Shown: piece after piece, positions 1 to 8,500 of the stretch
Layout of the letters: every line of letters begins with the position of its first letter
How positions within the stretch are numbered: the stretch's first letter is position 1
Position numbers and translations under genes: made by a program
Source: Candidatus Nanopelagicales bacterium
GTDB taxonomy: Bacteria; Actinomycetota; Actinomycetes; S36-B12
NCBI GenBank assembly: GCA_049431945.1
Contig: JBMTDJ010000002.1
Span: 9,773-73,772, forward strand
DNA: 64,000 bases
Direction of reading: 5' to 3'
Notes under the pieces: model-generated
The model's input: the letters and a program-made list of their open reading frames with translations, nothing else
Told to the model about the DNA's origin: nothing
The model's database searches: none

Positions 1-414
1 GCGAAGGCCGCAGCTATCGAGCGGGGCGGCAATCCGTCCGGTGCCGTGCAGGTCCCGACGATCACGATGCACACCAAGGCGGATCCGCTCGTCATCGTGC
101 AGAACCAGATCTTCTTCAAGGATCGCTACCAGGTTCAGGTGTCTGAGGGCAATGTGCGCGGCGGACTCGTCCAGCTGTACACCGTGGCGCCCTCCGAGTA
201 CTCGCAGGAAGCAGGCGCTCCCTACGGGGCCGGTCACTGCAACTTCACGGCGGAGTCACGAGTCGCCGTGATCGAACTCCTCGACGAGTGGGTGCGCAAT
301 GGCGTCTACCCCGGACCTGCGGCCATCGAGGCGGCGATGGGGCCCAAGAGTGGCTACAACGCCAACTACGTGCCCGGTCCGTGGCCTGACCCCGCCGCAG
401 TCGTCACCGAGTAG
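1..414 (+). CDS. C-terminal fragment of a protein whose 5' end lies outside the window (possibly alpha/beta-hydrolase fold)
   Basis: Frame 1 is open from base 1 to TAG at 412-414. Track ORF 46..414 is its tail. The 'GAGHCNF' segment resembles a catalytic-His region. The family assignment is a guess. Confidence 0.45.
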   Translation, partial: AKAAAIERGGNPSGAVQVPTITMHTKADPLVIVQNQIFFKDRYQVQVSEGNVRGGLVQLYTVAPSEYSQEAGAPYGAGHCNFTAESRVAVIELLDEWVRNGVYPGPAAIEAAMGPKSGYNANYVPGPWPDPAAVVTE

Positions 415-417
415 GGC

Positions 418-1668
418 TCAGCGGGGCGAGCTCCGAATCTCTCGGGCTGCGACGAGCACGCCGACGACGACGAGGGTGAGGCCGCTGACGAGTGCGCTGG
501 TCGCCAGGCCGGCCACCGTGTGCGGCAGGACGAGCGTGGCGAGACCGACGAGCAGAAGGGTGGCGCTCCACACGGCGATGACGGCCCTTCGATCGTCGAC
601 TGCCAGGCGAGTCAACAAGAGTGCCTGAGCCAGGGCGAACGTCGCGCCGATAGCCGCAAAGAGCCAAGCTGCGGGGGCGAGGGCGGCGTACTGCGATCCG
701 CCGACGAAGCCGACCACGAGTGAGGGAACCGCAGCGGTGACGACCACCACCATCAGGCCAATCGCTCCGACAGCGATGAGCGCGATCGTCGTGGCCTGAC
801 CGCGCCTTGAGTCGGCAAATCTCGGGAAGGCGACGACGCCAACGAACTGTGGCAGCCAGAAGGCGACCTTGGCGATGACGACACCCACCCCGTAGAGACC
901 GGCGTCTTCGGCATCGAGCAGTGCCCTGGCGAGAAGGACATCGATATTGGTCAGCACGAAGAGCGCCAACAGGGCGTGTGTCGCGTGCGCGGCCTCGCGA
1001 GCGAAGTGGTCGAGTCGCTCGCGCGGTGCATGTGCCAGCGGGGCCACGATGATTCTCCCCGCGATGGCGCCTAGGGCCGTGCCGACAGCCAGGCCCGCCA
1101 TCGTGCCGAGGACGGTGCCACATGCGAGTGCGCCGATGACGCCACCGACTCCGCGGCCGAGGCCGACCACCGCGTAGACCGCGGCAAGTCGTCGGTAGGA
1201 CTCGCGGCCCTGCGCGATGCCGTACTGGGCCCCGGCCCAGGTCAAGGGGATGAAGGTGATCGCCGCGACCAGGATGGAAGCCCAGCCGTCGAGGCGGAGA
1301 AGCCACACCAGGAGGGGGCTCACCGCGATGGTTGCGGCGGCGACCGCCAGGCCACCGATGAATCCGTCGCGGAGCATGCTTCGGGCTGCGCCCGGGCGAG
1401 CAGAGCTGTCAAGATGCACCAGGCGCCGAGCAGCGACGGCCTGGATCCCCATGGCCAGGACACTGCCGATCAGCAGGATCCCCAGGAGTGCGGCGAGGAT
1501 GCCGAATCCGTCAGGGCCCAGGGCACGAGCAGCGATGACGCTGACGGCGTAGGACGCAACCTGCGCGATGCCCAGCGCAACGGCGACGAGGACAGCATGC
1601 GAGGCGATGGAGCCGCGGACGCCCTTGGAGGTAGGGGAGGACGTGGGCACGGCCGGATCGTCAGCCAT
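418..1668 (-). CDS. Polytopic membrane protein, MOP/Wzx-like polysaccharide flippase
   Basis: 416-aa ORF that is hydrophobic throughout, with about 12 predicted TM stretches and the typical length and composition of polysaccharide-biosynthesis (Wzx/MurJ superfamily) proteins. ATG at 1668. Confidence 0.6.
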   Translation of the reverse strand: MADDPAVPTSSPTSKGVRGSIASHAVLVAVALGIAQVASYAVSVIAARALGPDGFGILAALLGILLIGSVLAMGIQAVAARRLVHLDSSARPGAARSMLRDGFIGGLAVAAATIAVSPLLVWLLRLDGWASILVAAITFIPLTWAGAQYGIAQGRESYRRLAAVYAVVGLGRGVGGVIGALACGTVLGTMAGLAVGTALGAIAGRIIVAPLAHAPRERLDHFAREAAHATHALLALFVLTNIDVLLARALLDAEDAGLYGVGVVIAKVAFWLPQFVGVVAFPRFADSRRGQATTIALIAVGAIGLMVVVVTAAVPSLVVGFVGGSQYAALAPAAWLFAAIGATFALAQALLLTRLAVDDRRAVIAVWSATLLLVGLATLVLPHTVAGLATSALVSGLTLVVVGVLVAAREIRSSPR

Positions 1669-1698
1669 GCGTCATCACGCGTGCCACGATAACCCTCC

Positions 1699-3447
1699 AT
1701 GGCGGGTCAACGGGTCCAACCTCAACGGGTCCAACCTGCGCGAGTCCACCGGGCTCTGGCCTACGCCTGGATCGCTGTTCTGAGCGTCGCCATCCTGGGT
1801 CCGTCGCTCTGGCCAGGATTCGCGCTCAGCTACGACCTTGTGTTCACGCCCCGCCAAGATTTACTGCCGGCTTCGATCGGCGTCGGCTCGGGCCTGCCGC
1901 GCGCTGTGCCCCAGGACGCTGTTGTTGCACTCGTCGAAACGGTTATCCCCGGGTCCATTGTCGAAAAGTTGGTGCTGGCCGCGATTCTGATCCTGGTTGG
2001 CACGGGGATGATGCGGCTGCTCGCGAGCACGGGTGCGGGCGTGATCGCGGCAACAGTCGCGATCACGAATCCGTTCGTCGCCCAGCGGTTGGTCATCGGA
2101 CACTGGGGATTCCTGCTGGCATACGCGCTGGCCCCGTGGGCCCTGGTCGTTGCCCGTCGACTGCGACGTGACGGCGACACGTGGGACGGCGTGCGCCTGC
2201 TGCTCCTCGTGGCAGCAGGTTCGCTCACACCGAGTGGGAGCCTGATGCTCTCCATCCTTGCTGTGCCGCCCGTCCTGGCAGGCGGGTCTCGCCTCAGCCC
2301 GGTGCGCCGCGTCCTGTTGACGGCAGGTGTGGCCGCAGTCTGGCTGCCATGGCTGCTTCCCGCGCTGCTGCACCCCGATTCGGGGTCCGCTGATCCAGAC
2401 GGCACGGACGTCTTCGCACTTCGCGCGGATGCACCGGGCGGCGAGATCCTGAGTGCTCTGGGTGGTGGTGGCATATGGAGCGCAGACGTTGTCCTCACCT
2501 CGCGCGAGACGATACTCAGCGCGATCCTCGTGATCGCTCTCCTTGGGCTTGCTGCACTGGGCGCCGTTTCGCTGTGGCGCGGAGGGCGCGCCGTCGTGGC
2601 CTGGTGGGCCCTGGTCGCGGTCATCGGACTCGGTGCTGCTCTCGCGTCGGCACTGGTCGCTGGCCCGTGGGGGGCCATGATCGAGTTCCTGCCCGGCGGC
2701 GGCCTTGCCCGGGACGCCCATAAACTCCTCGGTCCGTGGATCCTGCTGCTGGCGGCAGCAGCGGGTGAGGGCGGGCGCCGAGTTGCCGGCCTCGCCCAGG
2801 AGAGCGGTGCGCGCATCGCCATCGCCGCTGCCATCGCGGTCGTGCCTGTGGCCTGCCAGCCCGATCTTCTCTGGGGCGCCGGCGGCCGCCTCGTCGCCGT
2901 CGACTATCCCGACGAATGGAGCGTCGTGCGCGAGACGCTCGCGACCGACGCGCGACCGGGAGACGTCATCTCCTTCCCATGGACCTCCTTCCGGCGGTTC
3001 GCGTGGAACGATGACCGCACGATGCTGGACCCAGCACCGCGCTGGTTGCCTCGGACCACGGTCGTCGCCGATGACTTGATGGTCTCTACTCCGTCGGGCA
3101 TCGTGGTGGTGTCGGGCGACGATCCCCGTGCAGAGCGAATCGGCGCCGCGGTCGTCGCGGGTGAGCCCGTAGGTGATCTGTTGAGGCAACTCGGGATCGG
3201 CTGGGCCCTCGTCGCCAAGGGCACACCCGGTCCCGTGCCGGAACTCCCCGGATGGGCGCCGGTCCTCTCGGGAGAGGACCTGGACCTCCTGGTGGCCCCC
3301 TCGGGCCCGACCGATCCCGGGCCCCCGCGCCACCTGGCCCTGGTCGCCGTGGTGGACGTCGCCATCCTCGCCGGCCTCGTGGCGGCGGCCGGCGCGCTGG
3401 GATTACGGCGAGTCCGGGTGCGCGGGCGTCCTCGTTTGGTACGTTGA
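1699..3447 (+). CDS. Large polytopic membrane protein with C-terminal soluble domain (Rv0226c-like by context)
   Basis: 582-aa ORF with many TM helices followed by a soluble domain of about 180 aa. It sits in the envelope cluster. ATG 1699 is the only canonical start ahead of the first TM helix. Confidence 0.6.
   Translation: MAGQRVQPQRVQPARVHRALAYAWIAVLSVAILGPSLWPGFALSYDLVFTPRQDLLPASIGVGSGLPRAVPQDAVVALVETVIPGSIVEKLVLAAILILVGTGMMRLLASTGAGVIAATVAITNPFVAQRLVIGHWGFLLAYALAPWALVVARRLRRDGDTWDGVRLLLLVAAGSLTPSGSLMLSILAVPPVLAGGSRLSPVRRVLLTAGVAAVWLPWLLPALLHPDSGSADPDGTDVFALRADAPGGEILSALGGGGIWSADVVLTSRETILSAILVIALLGLAALGAVSLWRGGRAVVAWWALVAVIGLGAALASALVAGPWGAMIEFLPGGGLARDAHKLLGPWILLLAAAAGEGGRRVAGLAQESGARIAIAAAIAVVPVACQPDLLWGAGGRLVAVDYPDEWSVVRETLATDARPGDVISFPWTSFRRFAWNDDRTMLDPAPRWLPRTTVVADDLMVSTPSGIVVVSGDDPRAERIGAAVVAGEPVGDLLRQLGIGWALVAKGTPGPVPELPGWAPVLSGEDLDLLVAPSGPTDPGPPRHLALVAVVDVAILAGLVAAAGALGLRRVRVRGRPRLVR
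1707..1751. repeat. Perfect 2 x 15-bp tandem duplication (tcaacgggtccaacc) plus a degenerate third unit
   Basis: 1707-1721 and 1722-1736 are identical. 1737-1751 (tgcgcgagtccaccg) matches 9/15 and keeps the GTCCA core. It encodes QRVQP-QRVQP if ATG 1699 is used, and lies 40-80 bp upstream of the divergent gene start at 1668. Confidence 0.9.
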
Positions 3448-3465
3448 ACTCCTGAGGAGGTAGTC

Positions 3466-3609
3466 ATGTCGGTCTGGATCGGCCCCATCATCGCCGCGGT
3501 TGTTGGCGCGGTCGTCGCCGCGGGCGCCTCCTTCGGCATCGTCTCGTCCCAGACCGCCGTGCCGCCGACCGTTGATGCTCCCTACGTCGTATACGGCTCG
3601 ACGAACTAA
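3466..3609 (+). CDS. Small (47 aa) single-TM protein, DUF2613/Rv0236A-like (below the ORF-track length cutoff)
   Basis: GAGGAGG at 3454-3460 lies 5 nt before ATG 3466. Translation: MSVWIGPIIAAVVGAVVAAGASFGIVSSQTAVPPTVDAPYVVYGSTN*. It has one clear TM helix and a TAA stop at 3607-3609. Confidence 0.55.
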   Translation: MSVWIGPIIAAVVGAVVAAGASFGIVSSQTAVPPTVDAPYVVYGSTN

Positions 3610-4724
3610 CTCTTCTGCGCCCTAGCCTGCTCGACAGTTCGACGCAGCACCGCTTCGAATGCGAGCGCAGATGCTTCCCACGAGAAGTCGAGTGAGCGTC
3701 GCTGCGCTCGCTTACCCATCGCATCTCGCAGTGTGGCGTCGCTCAGCATTACTTCGAGGGCGGCCGTGAAGTCCACAACGTCTCCACGGACCAGGATTCC
3801 CGTCTCGCCGTCGACGATCGACTCTCCGACGCCACCTGCCTCGGCGTAGGCCACCGCTGGCACCCCGAGCGACGCGGCCTCCATGACGACCAGGCCCCAG
3901 CCCTCCTTGAGGGACGGAAGGGCGAGCACCCAGGCGCGAGCGACTTGTCTTGCCTTTTCTTCTTCGCTGACGTGACCGGTGAATTCGACGATGTCGTCTA
4001 CGCCGCATCGACGAGCGATTCGCTGGAGCTCGGGCGCCCACCATCCGTCACCGACAATGGCGACGCTGAGCCCGGGGTGTCGGTGGCGCAGTGTCGCCGC
4101 TGCCTCGATGACATTCTCCGCGCGCTTATGCGGGACAAGCCGGCCCAGGACCAGAATGCGGGGTGCGGCGTCTCGACGAGCCCCCGTGTCGGCGAGTTGG
4201 TCGGTGCCGTTGTGCACGACGGTGATGGACTCGTGGGCAACGCCATGCGAGACGAGTTCACGGCTCGTCGCCTCCGACACGGCCACATAGGGGTTTCTGC
4301 GAAAGGCCCGCGGTGCGACCTTGGACTCAATGAACCAGCCGAGGCGCGCACGCACTGGGTCGTAGACGACGGGCCACTGCTCACGATGTACGTGGTGCAC
4401 GAGAACCACTGTGGGGATTCGAGAGGCCCAGGATGCGAAGAATGGGATGCCGTTCTGCGTGTCGACGATCACGTCGACCTCCCCGAGAGCGCCGCGGCGG
4501 AGCAACTTGCGTGCCTGCGAGTACACCGTCAACTTGGAGCCCACCCGCACGATGCGAACCCCGTAGCGCTCCTCGGAGTTCGGCGCGCGCGGATGCCGTG
4601 CGCAGACGAGTGTCACGCGATGGCCGGATGCCGCCCACCGTCGGGCCAGTTGCTCGATGTAGACCTCGGAACCGCCTCCTTCAGGGTTGGCGGTGTCCCG
4701 CCAGTTGAGGACGACGATGTGCAC
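3606..4724 (-). CDS. GT4-family glycosyltransferase
   Basis: GTG at 4724 gives 'VHIVVLNWRD...GGSEVY'. The C-terminal 'E..G.V..EA...G.P.V' GT4/EX7E-type region is 'SLKEGWGLVVMEAASLGVPAVAY'. The upstream part of track ORF 3606..5579 is antisense to the methyltransferase and was discarded. Confidence 0.85.
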   Translation of the reverse strand: MHIVVLNWRDTANPEGGGSEVYIEQLARRWAASGHRVTLVCARHPRAPNSEERYGVRIVRVGSKLTVYSQARKLLRRGALGEVDVIVDTQNGIPFFASWASRIPTVVLVHHVHREQWPVVYDPVRARLGWFIESKVAPRAFRRNPYVAVSEATSRELVSHGVAHESITVVHNGTDQLADTGARRDAAPRILVLGRLVPHKRAENVIEAAATLRHRHPGLSVAIVGDGWWAPELQRIARRCGVDDIVEFTGHVSEEEKARQVARAWVLALPSLKEGWGLVVMEAASLGVPAVAYAEAGGVGESIVDGETGILVRGDVVDFTAALEVMLSDATLRDAMGKRAQRRSLDFSWEASALAFEAVLRRTVEQARAQKS

Positions 4725-4787
4725 GGCCTCACGGTACGTGGTGCGCGACCCGCGCGTGTGACCCGACCGCTGGGGTAACGTCGCCGG

Positions 4788-5543
4788 GTGTCCACCCCTT
4801 CGGCCCCCGGTGACCACTTGGCCACGTGGCGCCGGTCGGTAGGCCTCTTCCGCGCGTTCCTCTCGGAGCAGAGCGACCCTGATCGCTTCTACGGAGCGCT
4901 GGCCGCCGATTCGGCAGCCCACGTGGAGCGCTTCCACGACATGCGTGCGGCACGACTGTTGGACGTGGGAGGAGGACCCGGATTCTTCGCCGATGCCTTC
5001 CAGGGCCGGGGTGCGACGTACGTCGCGGTCGATGCCGACGCGGGGGAGATGCGGCTGCATGGCCGAGACCCGGGACCTCGCACCGTCCAGGCTCGCGGCG
5101 AGGCGCTTCCCTTCGCGGATGGGGTATTCGACGTGGCGTACTCCTCCAACGTGCTGGAGCACGTGGCCGATCCCTGGGCCATGGCTGACGAGATGGTCCG
5201 CGTCGTGCGACCGGGGGGCACGGTCGTCATCTCGTACACGCTGTGGTTCGGTCCGTGGGGCGGCCACGAGACATCTCCCTGGCATCTGCTCGGCGGTCGC
5301 CGTGCCGCCAAGCGCTACGAGAGACGGCAGGGCCATGCACCCAAGAACGTCTTCGGGGAGAGCCTCTTCGCGCTCACGGCCGCGCAGGGCATCGCCTGGG
5401 CACGCGGTCGCGATGATGCGACCATCGTCTCGATCGAGCCCCGGTACCTGCCGAGGCAATTGCACTGGATCGTCCGGGTGCCCGGGCTGCGCGAGGCGCT
5501 CACCTGGAACCTCATGATCGTGCTTCGTCGGAGGGCATCGTGA
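4788..5543 (+). CDS. Class I SAM-dependent methyltransferase
   Basis: GTG start. Motif I is 'LLDVGGGPGFF' and the post-I acidic residue is in 'YVAVDAD'. 'RPGGTVVIS' is also present. Confidence 0.85.
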   Translation: MSTPSAPGDHLATWRRSVGLFRAFLSEQSDPDRFYGALAADSAAHVERFHDMRAARLLDVGGGPGFFADAFQGRGATYVAVDADAGEMRLHGRDPGPRTVQARGEALPFADGVFDVAYSSNVLEHVADPWAMADEMVRVVRPGGTVVISYTLWFGPWGGHETSPWHLLGGRRAAKRYERRQGHAPKNVFGESLFALTAAQGIAWARGRDDATIVSIEPRYLPRQLHWIVRVPGLREALTWNLMIVLRRRAS

Positions 5544-8500
5544 CGGCCCCCGTGTCCGTTGCGGGCGACGTCGGTGCAACTCCGGTCGGCCAGTCGGACG
5601 CGCGACTGATGCACCGTCTGCGCCTCGTCGCGGTGAGCCTGGTCCTGGCTGCCTTGGCCTTCATCCAGGATCCCGGACGTATTGCTGCCGATACCAAGCT
5701 CGATCTCGCCGTGGACCCGGCCGGCTTCATGGTGCGTTCGCTGACGCTGTGGGAGCCCCTCGGATTCTTCGGTCAACTGCAGAACCAGGCGTATGGGTAC
5801 CTGTTTCCCACAGGACCCTTCTTCGTTCTCGGCGACCTCATCGGCTTGCCCGCGTGGGTGACGCAGCGACTGTGGTGGTCGCTGATCATCATTGCTGCGT
5901 TCCTCGGTGTGGTCCGGCTTGCTCGTCTACTCGGTGTGCCCGGCGAGATGCCGGGCCTCGTTGCTGGCTTGGCGTATGTGCTTGCACCGCGGATGGTGAC
6001 AGAGATCGGCGTCCTCACCAGCGAGGTCCTGCCCTACGCGATGGCCCCGTGGGTGTTGATCCCCCTGGTCCAGGTGGGTCGCGGGAACCTCACGGCGCGC
6101 AGGGGAGCCGCGCTGAGCGGACTGGCGGTGCTCCTCGCTGGCGGAGTGAACGCTGTGGCGACCGCCGCCGTCCTCCCGCTGGGGCTGCTATGGATCCTGG
6201 TCCAACTGCGTGGTCGATGGCGCATAGCGACGCTCGCCTGGTGGGCGCTCTCGGTGGGGCTCGCGACCCTGTGGTGGGCCGTGCCCCTGCTGCTGCTCGG
6301 GCGCTACTCGCCGCCATTCCTCGACTGGATCGAGTCCTCGTCGGTGACGACCCTCATCACCTCGCCGGACACCGTCATCAGGGGCACATCGCAGTGGGTC
6401 GCCTACGTCGCGGAGCCCGGTGGACCGTCCTGGCCGGGTGGCTGGCAGCTCGTCACCAACCCAGTCCTCATCCTCGTCACCGGATCAGTCGCGGCTCTGG
6501 GCCTGGCGGGACTGGCTGTGCGAAGCACCCCGGCGAGGGGCTTCCTCGTAGGTGGGGTGCTCGCGGGTGTCGCTCTGGGGTCACTCGGTCACACCGGCGT
6601 CGTCGAGGGCGTCGGCGCTGATCTCGTCCAGCAGGCCCTGGATGGGGTGCTCGCCCCTCTACGCAACACGCACAAGTTCGACCCCGTCCTGCGATTGCCA
6701 CTCGCCCTCGGAGTGGGGTTCGCCGCTGCTGCGCTGGCGCATCGAGCGCGCTTTCGCCACGCTCAACGCTGGATTGCCGGGGGGCTTGTCTCGCTGCTCG
6801 TCATGGGGGCCTGGCCGATGGTCACGGGTGGCCTGGTTCGAGACCGATCCTTCGACGAGATCCCCGGGTACTGGGCCGAGGCAGCGGATTGGCTCAGCGA
6901 GAATTCCCCCGCGGGCCGTGCCCTGCTCGTCCCGGGAGCCTCATTCGGCATCTACAGCTGGGGGCGCACACAGGATGAGCCGCTCCAGCCGCTTGCGCAG
7001 ACCCCCTGGGCGGTCCGCGACGCGGTGCCGCTCTCGAGCGCTGGCAACATCCGGTGGCTCGACGCCGTGCAGGAAAGGCTCGACTCGGGTCGTGGTTCCC
7101 TCCGCCTGTCCGATGCTCTCGCCCGTGCGGGAGTGGACTACGTCATCGTGCGCAACGATATCGATCGACGCAGGAGCGCCACCCCCCGAACCGTTCTGAT
7201 CCGGCAGGCACTCATTCGGTCCAGGGGCTTCACGCCGGTCGCCGGCTTCGGCCCCGCGCTGCCGCCCTTCCGCACGGCGACCACGGTGGTGGACGACGGG
7301 CTCCAGGACACGGTCGCCGCCGTCGAGATATGGCGGGTCGACTCACCGCTCTCGCCCGCTGATCCACGTGTCAGCCTTCGGGATGCCTCCAGCGTCACCG
7401 TGCTCTCGGGTGCGGCAGAGTCGGTCGTCGATCTCGCCGATGTCGACGCGCTCGGCGACCGTGCACTTGTCATTGCTGGCGATGAGGGCCCGCTCATCGA
7501 CGCGGGCATTGCCCTTGACTACGCGGTTTCCGATGGGTACCGACGTAGCGAGGTGAGTGTCGGATCGACTCGCAACAACCGATCGCAGACTCTGCGTGAG
7601 GACGAGGCGTATCTCCAGAACCGGAGAGTGCACGACTACTACCCGGTTGACCCTCTAGGACGCCAAGCCTTTGCGGTCTTTGACGGGGGCACCGTCGCTG
7701 CGTCATCCAGTGGCAGCGATGTCACGGCCCTGCGCGCTCGCTCGAGCGCAGCGCAACCGTGGGCTGCGCTCGACGGGGATCCCGCGACGGCCTGGGTCTC
7801 CGGTGACCTCGAGAAGGGCGTCGGCCAGTGGTGGGAGGTCACGTCGGACACCCCATTGGAGCCCGAGTGGCTCGACGTGCGCCTGGTCGTGGGTGAGGTT
7901 GCCGGTATCGAGCCCACCGTGGTGAGGGTGAGCACGGATGCGGGGGAGATCAGGGTGGGCGTGCAACCGACCGATCAGCCGCAGCGCTTGCCGGTGCCCC
8001 CGGGTCCCACCCGCGCCATCCGACTCACCCTGGAACAGGTCGTCGATGGCGGCGCGGGCGAAGCCTTCGGTCTACGCGAGGTACGAGTTCCGGGGCTGGA
8101 CATCACGCGTGCCATCAACGTGCCGGGTGTAGCCGATGGGGGGCCCGTCATCCTCACAGCCCGAAAGGGGGAACAGACTGGATGCGCCGCCGTGGCTGGC
8201 CAGCTCGTATGCACGCCGCAACTCGGCGGACTAGGCGAGGAGAGAAGCGGCATCTCGCGCGTTGTCGAGGTCACTCAGGCGGGCTCCTATCGCGTGAGGA
8301 TATGGGTCCGCCCACGTGCCGGTGCCGCGCTCGATCGACTACTCGAACCCGCATTGGCCATTTCGCCGCGCGCGACATCGTCGAGCGTCTTCACGAGCGA
8401 TCCGGCGAATCGCCCTCAGGCGGCAGTCGATGGTGTGCTGTCGACATCATGGCTGGCGTCACCCCTGGACGAGCGGCCGGAACTCGAGATCACCTGGGGC

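Noticed and set aside
1713-1750. The idea that GGTCCA[AC]C, shared by the two 15-bp tandem repeats, marks a regulon-wide operator.
   Set aside because: Near-identical strings also occur inside coding sequence, for example gcggtccaacgc at about 14945, ccgcggtccagcc at about 26355, ccggtccacgg at about 56710 and ccgcggtccagcg at about 10924. An 8-mer of this composition is expected several times by chance in 64 kb. Only the tandem duplications themselves are reported.
4725-5579. The N-terminal 285 codons of track ORF 3606..5579, which would make a 657-aa glycosyltransferase.
   Set aside because: This part is antisense to the SAM methyltransferase and Arg-rich. The GT4 domain begins cleanly at GTG 4724 ('VHIVVLNW'). 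The same reasoning was used to trim ORFs 10020.., 24638.., 27411.., 30559.., 32485.., 36427..37800, 39390.., 41712..42797, 42434..43471, 52175.., 54238..55053, 56050..56901, 56783.. and 58198...
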